DNA of 64,000 nucleotides, from positions 4,030,001 through 4,094,000 of the forward strand of contig CATNEN010000030.1 in assembly GCA_950097015.1 (NCBI GenBank), written 5' to 3'. Source of the DNA: Macrostomum hystrix. Taxonomy: Eukaryota > Animalia > Platyhelminthes. The notes under the pieces are model-generated. The model searched no databases, was not told the origin of the DNA, and saw nothing but the letters and a program-made list of their open reading frames with translations. Below are positions 11,581 through 25,200 of the stretch, one piece after another. Position 1 is the stretch's first letter; the number at the start of each line of letters is the position of its first letter. Both the position numbers and the translations under genes were made by a program.

Positions 11581-14167
11581 TTTTTAATTTTTTAACATCT
11601 CAGCTGTTTTGACTGAAGTCATGATATTAGATAAATTTCAGAGTGTCGCCCATAAGGTCTGTTTCGATTACTGCTCTATCTCCCTCCTGTCCCGCCAGCC
11701 TTCGCTACTCCGGCTTCCCCTCCCTCGATTTCCTTCTGATTGCCATTCAACGGTGCGTGCCGAATGCCAAGATTCTCCCCCACCTCCTCAGTGTCCTCCT
11801 GTCCCCCCCTCTCTCAATTTCTAGCAGGCTCCTGGGAATTGCAGTCCAAATGCAGCTGAAATGGGTGCACACACTAACCGGGACAGGCAAAAAAATATAA
11901 ATTATAAATGCATTATATAACATGATAGCCTATCCGCACGGCTCCCTCCTCCCCCCAGATACAACACAATCTTCATCCGCATGGCTCGGGGTTGCCGGCG
12001 GTTTGTGCTGAAAAGCTGGTGTACTTAAGCCTAGGCGGGGGTGGACTAGGCGAGTTGGGGGGGGGAGGAGGCGGTAGGCAAGGTGTGGCAGCGGAGTCAA
12101 ACACACGCGGGCAAACCAGCACAGGCCAAACTGTGGCACTGGTACACTGACTGCTCACTGATGCAAATCAGAAAAGCGGCAAGTGAAAGCGAGTAAATGA
12201 TATTAAGCCACAGACTTTGGTGAACAATAGAATGGAAATCAGGCGGCAATTCTGTTAGCCATATCACGGGTGAATTAACAGGCGCAGTGAACTTGGTAAA
12301 TATAATTTAGTTTTGCACTTGACTCCAATGCGGAAGCCCAGCGCGGGGATATGGATCCCCTTTCATTCGCTTCTGTTTTCCTTGTCAATTTATCAATCTG
12401 AGCCCCAAGCTCCGACCCAAGCTCGCCTCATCGTCTCTTCTCAGTCTCCTCTGTTTGCGTCGAGTGAATGCGGCGCTCCTTCCAGCCGCTGTGACAGCCG
12501 ACCCGGCTGGATTTCTGAGATCCGGCGGGGCCTCCGGCCAGTCGTCAGGAAGCCGCAGAAGCGGCAGTCGGCGGCAGCCCCAGGGCGGGTTGGGCCGTGG
12601 GGAAGAGAATGGGAAGTTCAGAGCCATCCAGAGACTGCTCCCAACTGTCTATTCCAACTGCCTTCCAAGTCAAGCTTCCTCCATCATCTTCTCTGCCTCT
12701 CGCCCACTCTCTCTGCCTGTCTCGGCTTCATTTCTAGCTTCAGATATTTTTCCTCACTTCTTCTCCTAGAAGTAACAGGCTCTTTCTCAAGTCTAGAGGC
12801 GTTCACCCCACTGCTGGGTCCATGACGGAAAAATGAGAGACAGAGAAGACGAAAAGAAGCCACACACAACTCAACTCAGACAACAATGGAAAACCACTGA
12901 AGCCACATTGAGACATTCTGGTGAGGCATGCCTAAGCGCGCTATTCCTAAGCTAGCTTGGCAACCAAACCTGAAATGTTTTTCCCGCTCTGAGGAAAATG
13001 CACTTTTTTAATTCTGAATTTTGCTTAAACTCTTAATTAAATCGAGCAAACCCCCTAGGCCATAGACATTAATGACCAAGAAACCGTTCGAGAATCGCGA
13101 ATTGTTAGGAACACAGTAATCCAGCAGTCGTCGTTTTGTCTATGGCCGTAACCCAAAGAAAATATATCGGGGTCTTAAGTCTGCTTTTTAGTTGTCTATG
13201 GTAATGTTTTCTACTTTTCAAACCTTTTGGAAGTCGTGTAAATTGTCTAAACTTTCTGTTACGCCCATAACCTACGATTATTTGAGCCCAGTGAGCACAG
13301 TGGGCCCAGTCAAAACGAGTTATCGATTTTTTTTCTTGTCCCGGTATGCCGGGCAATGGCTAGACAACCTTTTTACAACCGCTGATAAATCATTTCATGT
13401 GGGCACAATTCTGTAGCTGGACAATGCCTGCCCTGGGTGACCAGGCAGATGCTATAACTATGACTTGATCATTGCCTACCAATTTGGACCGGACTTAACC
13501 CCATCAAGGTTTCAGCAGCGAATATTGCCATCTGATTAGTTATCAATTGACCTAAAACGGACCTAAATTTCGAGCCTGCAGTTTCAATTGTTTATATTGA
13601 CTATTTTCGTAGCTATTTTTAGAACTGCCAAGTCAAACAGAGGTGATCAGCTTTTCAGCTGATCAGCTGAGTACAATGAAGCTAATATGGGATTTGACAG
13701 TTTGACGGAACAGTACATGGCAGATGCAAATGCTCTTGATTGATCTCAGCTGAAGTTATATTAAATTTCGCCTTCGAAACATGGCCCGGCAATGGGTGGA
13801 TTATAAATGAGTTTAGGAAGCAAGCGACAGCTAGGTCGAATAAAGTTTTCGCCCTTCATAATGCCCAGAGCCACTAATTGAGTTACTGGTATACGAATAC
13901 CTGTTACGGCCCAGCTGACCCCACAGCCCGCAGTCTGAATGCATGAAGTGTCAGAATCAATCAGCTTCATCTAATAAGAGAATGTCTGTGGGAACTGTGT
14001 TGCTCGTGACCGGCGCTCGATCACCGCCTAATTGAAGAAAGTGCTAAGCGAATGGATTTTGCTAGAGCAGAATTTTGGCGCATTGTATCACTATGCATTC
14101 GAATGCATACATTGAATTCAATTTTTAAAAGCCAACAAAACCACCAAGACAGACTAGAAATCAATAG

Positions 14168-17100
14168 ACTACCAATCGATAGCCTACCAAGACATACCAC
14201 CATTCGATAGCCTACCAAGACATACCACCATTCGATAGCCTACCAAGACATACCACCAATCGATAGCCTACCAAGTCATACCACCAATCGATAGCCTACC
14301 AAGTCATACTTCCAATCGATAGCCTACCAAGACATACCACCATTCGATAGCCTACCAAGACATACCACCAATCGATAGCCTACCAAGACATACCACCAAT
14401 CGATAGCCTACCAAGTCATACTTCCAATCGATAGCCTACCAAGACATACCACCATTCGATAGCCTACCAAGACATACCACCATTCGATAGCCTACCAAGA
14501 CATACCACCATTCGATAGCCTACCAAGACATACCACCAATCGATAGCCTAGCTACCAAGACATACCACCAATCGATAGCCTACCAAGACATACCACCAAT
14601 CGATAGCCTACCAAGTCATACTTCCAATCGATAGCCTACCAAGACATACCACCATTCGATAGCCTACCAAGACATACCACCATTCGATAGCCTACCAAGA
14701 CATACCACCATTCGATAGCCTACCAAGACATACCACCAATCGATAGCCTAGCTACCAAGACATACCACCAATCGATAGCCTACCAAGACATACCACCAAT
14801 CGATAGCCTACCAAGTCATACTTCCAATCGATAGCCTACCAAGACATACCACCATTCGATAGCCTACCAAGACATACCACCATTCGATAGCCTACCAAGA
14901 CGTACCACCATTCGATAGCCTACCAAGACATACCACCAATCGATAGCCTAGCTACCAAGACATACCACCAATCGATAGCCTACCAAGACATACCACCAAT
15001 CGATAGCCTACCAAGACATGCTACCAATCGATAGCCTACCAAGACATACCACCAATCGATAGCCTACCAAGACATACCACCATTCGATAGCCTACCAAGA
15101 CATACCACCAATCGATAGCCTACCAAGTCATACTTCCAATCGATAGCCTACCAAGACATGCTACCGATTGATAGCCTACCAAGACATACCACCAATCGAT
15201 AGCCTACCAAGACATACCACCAATCGATAGCCTACCAAGACATACCACCAATCAATAGCCTACCAAGACATACCACCAATCGATAGCCTACCAAGACATA
15301 CCACCAATCGATAGCCTACCAAGTCATACTTCCAATCGATAGCCTACCAAGACATACCACCATTCGATAGCCTACCAAGACATACCACCAATCGATAGCC
15401 TACCAAGACATACCACCATTCGATAGCCTACCAAGACATACCACCAATCGATAGCCTAGCTACCAAGACATACCACCAATCGATAGCCTACCAAGACATA
15501 CCACCAATCGATAGCCTACCAAGACATACCACCAATCGATAGCCTACCAAGACATACCACCAATCGATAGCCTACCAAGACATACCACCAATCGATAGCC
15601 TACCAAGACATACCACCAATCGATAGCCTACCAAGACATACCACCAATCGATAGCCTACCAAGACATACCACCAATCAATAGCCTACCAAGACATACCAC
15701 CAATCGATAGCCTACCAAGACATACCACCAACCGATAGCCTACCAAGACATACCACCAATCGATAGCCTACCAAGACATACCACCAATCGATAGCCTACC
15801 AAGACATACCACCATTCGATAGCCTACCAAGACATACCACCAATCGATAGCCTACCAAGTCATACTTCCAATCGATAGCCTACCAAGACATGCTACCGAT
15901 TGATAGCCTACCAAGACATACCACCAATCGATAGCCTACCAAGACATACCACCAATCGATAGCCTACCAAGACATACCACCAATCGATAGCCTACCAAGA
16001 CATACCACCAATCGATAGCCTACCAAGACATACCACCAATCGATAGCCTACCAAGTCATACTTCCAATCGATAGCCTACCAAGACATACCACCATTCGAT
16101 AGCCTACCAAGACATACCACCATTCGATAGCCTACCAAGACATACCACCATTCGATAGCCTACCAAGACATACCACCAATCGATAGCCTAGCTACCAAGA
16201 CATACCACCAATCGATAGCCTACCAAGACATACCACCAATCGATAGCCTACCAAGACATACCACCAATCGATAGCCTACCAAGACATACCACCAATCGAT
16301 AGCCTACCAAGACATACCACCAATCGATAGCCTACCAAGACATACCACCAACCGATAGCCTACCAAGACATACCACCAATCGATAGCCTACCAAGACATA
16401 CCACCAATCAATAGCCTACCAAGACATACCACCAATCGATAGCCTACCAAGACATACCACCAACCGATAGCCTACCAAGACATACCACCAATCGATAGCC
16501 TACCAAGACATACCACCAATCGATAGCCTACCAAGACATACCACCAATCGATAGCCTACCAAGACATACTTCCAATCGATAGCCTACCAAGACATACCAC
16601 CAATCGATAGCCTACCAAGACATACTTCCAATCGATAGCCTACCAAGACATACTTCCAATCGATAGCCTACCAAGACATACCACCAATCGATAGCCTACC
16701 AAGACATACCACCAATCGATAGCCTACCAAGACATACCACCAATCGATAGCCTACCAAGACATACCACCAATCGATAGCCTACCAAGACATACCACCATT
16801 CGATAGCCTACCAAGACATACCACCAATCGATAGCCTACCAAGACATGCTACCAATTGATAGCCTACCAAGACATGCTACCGATTGATAGCCTACCAAGA
16901 CATACCACCAATCGATAGCCTACCAAGACATACCACCAATCGATAGCCTACCAAGACATGCTACCAATCGATAGCCTACCAAGACATACCACCAATCGAT
17001 AGCCTACCAAGACATACCACCAATCGATAGCCTACCAAGACATGCTACCAATCGATAGCCTACCAAGACATACCACCAATCGATAGCCTACCAAGACATA

Positions 17101-18100
17101 CCACCATTCGATAGCCTACCAAGACATACCACCAATCGATAGCCTACCAAGTCATACTTCCAATCGATAGCCTACTAAGACATGCTACCGATTAATAGCC
17201 TACCAAGACATACCACCAATCGATAGCCTACCAAGACATACCACCAATCGATAGCCTACCAAGACATACCACCAATCGATAGCCTACCAAGACATACCAC
17301 CAATCGATAGCCTACCAAGACATACCACCATTCGATAGCCTACCAAGACATACCACCAATCGATAGCCTAGCTACCAAGACATACCACCAATCGATAGCC
17401 TACCAAGACATACCACCAATCGATAGCCTACCAAGACATACCACCAATCGATAGCCTACCAAGACATACCACCAATCGATAGCCTACCAAGACATACCAC
17501 CAATCGATAGCCTACCAAGACATACCACCAACCGATAGCCTACCAAGACATACCACCAATCGATAGCCTACCAAGACATACCACCAATCGATAGCCTACC
17601 AAGACATACCACCAATCGATAGCCTACCAAGACATACCACCAATCGATAGCCTAGCTACCAAGACATACCACCAATCGATAGCCTACCAAGACATACCAC
17701 CAATCGATAGCCTACCAAGACATACCACCAACCGATAGCCTACCAAGACATACCACCAATCGATAGCCTACCAAGACATACCACCAATCGATAGCCTACC
17801 AAGACATACCACCAATCGATAGCCTACCAAGACATACTTCCAATCGATAGCCTACCAAGACATACCACCAATCGATAGCCTACCAAGACATACTTCCAAT
17901 CGATAGCCTACCAAGACATACTTCCAATCGATAGCCTACCAAGACATACCACCAATCGATAGCCTACCAAGACATACCACCAATCGATAGCCTACCAAGA
18001 CATACCACCAATCGATAGCCTACCAAGACATACCACCAATCGATAGCCTACCAAGACATACCACCAATCGATAGCCTACCAAGACATGCTACTGATCGAA
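14168..18100. repeat. 28-bp satellite (atcgatagcctaccaagacataccacca), about 140 copies, 3.9 kb
   Basis: Long tandem array with recurring variants (a +tagc insertion; agtcatacttcca). Confidence 0.98.
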
Positions 18101-21100
18101 AGACTGTGAATCCAAAGACAACAAATCTATAGACTACCATTCAATAGTCTACCAAACGATATAGCCTAACAGTCAAAAGTCTATAACAAAAAGACAACAG
18201 AATATACCAGCAGAGTAAGATAGATGGCTGTGAAGACAATCAGCGAACCTGTACAATCCAAGTAGGCAACAAGAAGATTCTGAACTCACCTACAGGTTAG
18301 CTGGAAAACAAGCAAACACGCAAATTAAAAAAATTTAATTTTTTAAATTTAAGTCTCTAGATTGTTTCTAGATTGGACGGTAACAAAAGCTACTCAAAAA
18401 GCGAATCACGGTTTTAGAGGCCCAATGGTGAGCACAGTGAGCTCCACAAAAGCAGCTGCTGTTTTTCTTGGCTTGAAACCTGAAGCATGAAACCTTGATG
18501 GCGCTGTGAGTCGGCAACCGCTAATCTTCCACCTCCTCCCTATCTATCTCCACCCGGTCTCTACCCGCCCGGCCTCGTGTTTCCTGTCCCCACCTCCCTA
18601 AACCTCGCCGCATCCGCTGGGAGCGCGTCGGCGATTGGTCGACAGGAATCAAATGGAAGCGGAACAGAGGAAGCCAGTCATCCCTGCGACCGCCATGTGC
18701 AGTGAGCTCCCCTGACAGGCTCCACCAGACCTGTCGCCTGAGTACAGCCTCTGAGCCATTTGATGGGGATGCGAGGCATCAGGGACAGCACCTGAGAGAA
18801 AGAGAGAGAAGGCAAACCAAGCATCTATGTTGGGATTTGAAGGATACGAGAAATTCTGTGGATATTGGCACATCTGCTGTGAGCTTGTGTGCTCAAGGGC
18901 TCCGAATAACAAGGATGTGCAATCCACTTGCTTTGTCTGCTTTCGAAAGTAGAAAATGCGTTTTCAATGCTTCTTACAATTCAACCGCATCCTGTTGCTT
19001 CAAATTTACAACACGAAAATTTCTTTCGGAATATTAGCGACCATAGGCAGACTAAATTGATAGTACTGCTAAGCTTTTGGCCATCGAGGTAAATCCGAAT
19101 GAACAGGTAAAGACTCCAAGACAGAGAGGACAGCCTCTCATGCTACGGCCACATGCCTGCACTGCAGCTCACACTGTTCCATTGTTTGATAATCTGGCGC
19201 GCACAGCATTGGCTGGATTGGATCGATAACATCTGGCTCCTCCTGTTCCCTGCTCATAGTTTTTACATCCCTACTCTCTCTCCCACCCATCTCTGCCCTA
19301 CTCCCAACTGCAGCGCGCAGACTTTGAGAATGCCGTGTGGCATCAGCTGCCGAGGGCCTTTAACTCTCCCGGCCCGGCCAGCTCTGGGACCGCTTGGTGG
19401 CGAAGCAGCGGGAGGAGGAGGCGGTGGAGGAGGCAGCCGCGTAGCCCGAGCTATTTTTAGACTTTGAGCTGTTATTCTATTAGCGACTCAGGGCTGACAG
19501 GCTCGACCCTTGTCTCTAAGTGACTCCCTCCCTGTCACCTACTCAGCCCCATTTCTAGTGAAGGCTGTCTCTTTTCTCTTTCTCTCTCAGGAGAGGATTC
19601 CATCCTATCCATCCCATTGCTGACGCTCCTCCCAAGGGGACCATCTTCCATCTGCCCCAGAGCCGGCGTGGGCCGATCTGTTTTAGTCTTTCTTTGGTCG
19701 GACAAAAGAGTGTCTAGCAGCCACTCTCGTGTGCTAAAAGCATACTCTTAAAATTCGCTGGGTCCCCATCCTATTCCGTTTGCCTAAGTCGACCCGGAGA
19801 TCCGATTCGATTTAATTCAGGAAGAGCTTTATTCTTTTTGACGCAAAAATATGTCTGCATCCTGCAGCTTGTTGGGTACGCATTTTCCATGTTGCTATGC
19901 TCATCTTTGGTGTTATGCAGACGTGTTCTCAAAGGAATAGTATAATTATATAGTGTAAGACTCCATATAGAGCAGAGCTGGTGTCTTGATTTTAAACTTA
20001 TTCCTATTTTTACTTTCGTGCATATCGCTTGCAAGATCCTGTTACTATTCTAGCAGCAGATATTGTTACAGATATAGCTGCAATTCTTACTATGATTCTT
20101 TGCGGCACCCCTCTCAATGACTCTAGTTCCTGAAGTTGCCTTTAGTAGCAAACGGCTCCAAAGAACCATATGGATAATCATAATCATAATCATAAACCGA
20201 TTTCAAACAATGGATAAGCTAGGTCTAAATTTAGATATCTTTTTCACAGAAAGCAGTACTTCTTGCCAATAACCGGAGTGGATGGGGGGCAAAAAGCAAT
20301 TCGGACGCTGAAGAGTCCAACCTGAGCACACCATGAGTCGAACACAAGTGGTCTCTGGGCGCTGATGGAGTCGCGTGAAATAGACATCGTTGTTATTGAG
20401 TGAGTGAGGCGATACACTGCAGACACTTAACAAACGGCCCTGCACTGGGCTACACGAGTAAGTTATTTTCTGTTTATTCTCCCACTTACGATGCTCAGCC
20501 TCAGCATCGTTGAACACTTATCATCACAACAGTCATCATCACGAAGCTTGTGACCCACTCGAGCATAGATCTCCAGAGCTCTGGACAGAGCGCTGGCATC
20601 TCTATTCGAATTCGAAGTCAAGCAACTTAATTGCCTCTAACAAGCTGCTCTGGATCTGCCACTGAAAATTCTGGTGAAATCGATGACATCGACATGACTG
20701 TTCCACTCATCGCTAATGAATTTCCGTCAGATGTCACACTCCCACCTTAGGCTCCATTCTTTAACAGAGGAATGGCCTAAGCCTCACTGACGCCGTCAGC
20801 AGATCGTCCATTGACAACTTCAGCCCGAAGCAGGGGGGGCACACGTTTTCCTCAGGGACTGGTGGGATTTTCCTTCCGTAGGCAAGCGTTTCGTGAAATC
20901 CGCCACAACGGAGTCAAGACTGTACCGGCCGATTAGTCCATTCTGGAACTAGCGACTGTTTTTAACCGCTGACTTTAAAGCCCTACTTTCCTATCTTTCG
21001 CTTTCAATATCTGATAAATTGTGGAGTTCTTCTTCCGTTCAGTTCTTTTGGTGTCTATGGCAGAAAGACCTCGGACCCGATTCTCAGCCTTCTAAGGAGC

Positions 21101-22254
21101 GCATGCTATAGGCCTTGCTCTGCCGTAGTAAAAATTCTTCTATTCTTCTATTTCGACACAATTATCAACGAACATTTCCACGTGAACACAATGGCGTACT
21201 ATGTATCTGGTTCTGACACACTGATGTCACTAGTATTCCTTTTTAACACACTGATACACATCGGGGATATTTTAAGCAAAGTTACACTGGCTTATATTGT
21301 TTAGATAAAACTGTGTTTTTACAGTCAGTGTGTAAGCACAATAGAAAGATAATAGAATTAGTTTTGATTGAGCGCAGAAACAGTTTATTATAACCAGTGC
21401 AAAGGTTTATTATCACTTTTGAATGAAACAGGTGCACAATAATGCGATACGACACAATCCTGGATAGTGTTAATTAGGTCCTGCACTTACACTGAAAATA
21501 TAATGTTTATTTAGCAACAAAGAAAGCTACAAGCTACAATAGAATCTGTGGACACAGCTTAAAAGCACAAATATAAATCACAGAGAGTAGAGCATATTAC
21601 AGTTGCAATTTACCTATATTATTTCATGAGCATATTTAAATACAGCTTTGTTATTTGTTTTATCAATCACACTCACCGAAATCCTCAAAAGTACGAAACA
21701 CTCTACTAATGCGCATGTACAAGTAGTAGAGATTGTAGTTAAGAAATATAGAAATATAGTTTATTATCGAATAAACTGAAAGCGATGGACAAAGCGCAAT
21801 GAAAGTTTCAATAAGAAAAATTTAGTTTTTAAAAAATTAGACTGAATTTGATATTTTTCTGAATAAAATAAAGAATAATAAGCTCTATACCCTACTTATA
21901 GTAGAATAGTATTAGACGAGAGAATTATTTTGTCTTGTTTTCTGGGTAACCGGCGTGAGTAACCATGCCCAATCCATACTAAGGACAATACTCGTAATCT
22001 AAGAATTAGTCTTATAGTAAAAAAGTTTTCGTTTTCAAGAGAAGAGATAATACGCGCTAGTTTTCGTTAAGCGAACAATCGAAAAGTCAAGAGCGCGTAT
22101 TGGCAGTAGGAACTTGAGTAAGCAAAGACGAGAAGCGAGTTTGGCTGTTACAATTCAGGGGAAATAGAACGATTTTATCATAACATTAATATGCATACTT
22201 ACACGCAAGTGAATAGTCTTAAGCGATCTGAACTGCTAGTCGTAAAACGATTAG

Positions 22255-25200
22255 TTAGGACATTTGCAGCAGGTCGGAAATGGCCGCATCCTTATTACCA
22301 GCGTGCGCCTCCAGCACAGATTTGATGACTTCAGTGTCAGTGTCCGGAAACATCTCCTGCAGGCTGCCAATATCTGCGTCTGTGATTTCCACCGGCTGCT
22401 GCCGCCTTGCCTGCTGCTGCTGCACTTGCGGCATCTGCTGCGGATAGTAGCCACCCATCGGCACGTACTGCACCTGCGCGGAGTAGTTATAAACAGTCAA
22501 TAAACTTTTGTAAACACACAATAAACAGCTGTAAATTCATAATAAGGGGGCAGTAAGCAATAAAAATCTGGTGTAAAAACTCAGTGAAACAGCTGCAAAC
22601 ATTTATTAAACAGCTGTTGAACGCCCAGTAAACACTAAATAAACGTATGTAAAAAGTCAATAAATAACTCAAAACACTAAATAAACAGCTCTAAAATCTT
22701 AATAAACAGCTCTAAACACTGAGAAAAGTCTCAGAACACTAAATAGACAGCTCTAGAATCTTAATAAACAGCTCTAGACAGCGAATAGACGGCTCTAAAC
22801 ACTATATAAACAGCTCTAAAACCTTAGTAAACAGTTCTAAACCCTTACACTCAGGTTAAACAGCTTTCAAAATTCAATAATTCGGCTCTATCTACTAAAA
22901 GCTTTAAACACGCACAATAAATAGCTTTAAACGCTCAATAAATACTCAATAAACACAAACATTATTTTACAAGCTGTAACCCGGTTGAAAAACTGAGCGG
23001 GCCTCAGCGGGCTTTTGAGCGGGCCATTAGCGGGCCGAAGCGAATCGGCCCGTATTACAGGCCTTTTACAACAAATTGGCCCGCCGAAACCCGGCCCGCT
23101 CAGAAGCCTGATTAGCCCGCTAATGGCCCGCTCGAAACCGACCCGCAGATCGTCCCGCTGATTAGCCCGCTGGTTGGCCCACTCACTGGCCCGTTCTAAA
23201 CCGGCCCGCTGCACGGCCCACTGGTTGGCCCGCTCACTGGCCCGTTCTAAACCGGCCCGCTGCACGGCCCACTGGTTGGCCCGCTGGTTGGCCCGTTCTA
23301 AACCGGCCCGCTGGTTGGCCCACTCACTGGCCCGTTCTAAACCGGCCCGCTGCTCGGCCCACTAGTTGGCCCGCTGGTTAGCCCGCTGGTTGGCCCGTTC
23401 TAAACCGGCCCGCTGCTCGGCCCACTAGTTGGCCCACTGGTTGGCCCACTCACTGGCCCGTTCTAAACCGGCCCGCTGCTCGGCCTACTAGTTGGCCCGC
23501 TGGTTAGCCCGCTGGTTGGCCCGTTCTAAGCCGGCCCGCTGCACGGCCCACTGGTTGGCCCGCTGGGTGGCCCGTTCTAAACCGGCCCGCTGGTTGGCCC
23601 ACTCACTGGCCCGTTCGAAACCGGCCCGCTGCTCGGCCCACTAGTTGGCCCGCTGGTTAGCCCGCTGGTTGGCCCGTTCTAAACCGGCCCGCTGCTCGGC
23701 CCACTAGTTGGCCCACTGGTTGGCCCACTCACTGGCCCGTTCTAAACCGGCCCGCTGCTCGGCCTACTAGTTGGCCCGCTGGTTAGCCCGCTGGTTGGCC
23801 CGTTCTAAGCCGGCCCGCTGCACGGCCCACTGGTTGGCCCGCTGGGTGGCCCGTTCTAAACCGGCCCGCTGACTTGTCGTGAACTTGATAATCTTATCAA
23901 ATGGTGTATAAACTTGTACATGAAACTTTTGCAGTGTCTTGGCGCTCGGGCAATTATTCGATTTGTAGAGCACTAATGCTGTCCAATAAACTGTGCAGAC
24001 ACAAATGTCATGATGACATTTACTATGAGTGTGTCAAATTTATTATTTTTATCGCCTTATACGCCCACAGCAATTTGTATATCGCGCTACGTTGTGACTT
24101 ATGTAGTACTTCAGATATCACTCAGTTTAGTGTGAAACCTAAACCTTTGCTGGCTCTTGGGCTAAGATAGCAAACTGATGGGTCACTCGTTGTAGAATGT
24201 GTAGGTAGAATGATGGTACTTGTTAATTATCAATTTTAGTATCGCGTATCGTAGTATCGCGAACACCCGTCGCGTGACTCTACTTGATTGCCTTTTATCT
24301 GACTTGCAGAGTCTTGGCTTCTCCCCTCAGGCTGCTGCCAGGGCTGACTCCCGCTTTTTTCGGCAGCGTGTGTTCGCTGCAGTTTTCTAACCTCCGCAGC
24401 GTCCGTTATTATTATTATTATTAATTTTAGTATGGATTCTTTCCTAGTCACAAAGGTATTCAATTTCTTCATTTTCAGTCACTTGAACGACTAAAAGAGC
24501 TCGACAAGAAGTCAGCTGCCATCGCACGGCGCTTCAGTCGACTCAAAGAATCAGTGACACTCAGATTTAGACAGACGGTTGCGGCGACAGCCCGTCCGAC
24601 ACGAGCAGAAGCTTCAGCGAGCCACTTACCAACTGCAACTCGGACCACTCATGACGTACCAACCACTATAGAGCTGCCTAGCTCTATAGTGGCGCAACCA
24701 AGCAACAGTGTACCATTGGCAACCGGGGGATGTAGCAGTGGCGTCCAGACTCCCATGGTCGTCGAGCCTACCGGCTCGCAGTATTCAGAACCAGGCGAAG
24801 AAGCTCCAGATGACGACTATTGGAGTGGCGCTCCAATGGCGTTGGACGCCATCGAGCAGTGCGACGATTGTGAGGACTTTACTGAAGATGACCGCCCACC
24901 AGAGGATGAGGATGTACCATGTGTTGGCAATGGAGCCACCCATAACCCAGAAGCTATGGATATGCAGCCGCGTAGGAGAAATGGAGCCGCACTTTTCCTA
25001 GACTCTCCGTTGACCTACGATTCGTGTGCGGCCTATGTGCATTTGTTCAGCGAGCGCCAGTCTCTGCCAAGGAAAGGCATAGCTGACCTGCTTCGCCTCT
25101 TCCATGCAGCTGTGCCAGTCGGTAGCAACCTGCCTGGTGGTGTATATTTACTACGGAAAACAGTCCAGGCATTCGCGAACGACTTTACATCGCCACCCCG

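Noticed and set aside
11900-12900. GC-rich ORFs upstream of SK (also 18480-19700)
   Set aside because: The translations are low-complexity with no domain; these are more likely promoters or 5' UTR exons, which cannot be defined from sequence alone.
14168-18100. CRISPR-like appearance of 26-45 bp repeats
   Set aside because: The units are head-to-tail with no unique spacers, there are no cas genes, and the context is eukaryotic.
20640-20960. Possible decayed LINE reverse-transcriptase fragment (FPSVGK...LYRPIS)
   Set aside because: Only one short motif, with stops and frameshifts around it; this is not enough without a profile search.
23767-24170. Cys/His-containing ORFs just inside the left subterminal block (RING/PHD-like hints on both strands)
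   Set aside because: The ligand spacing is wrong or incomplete and there are stops nearby.
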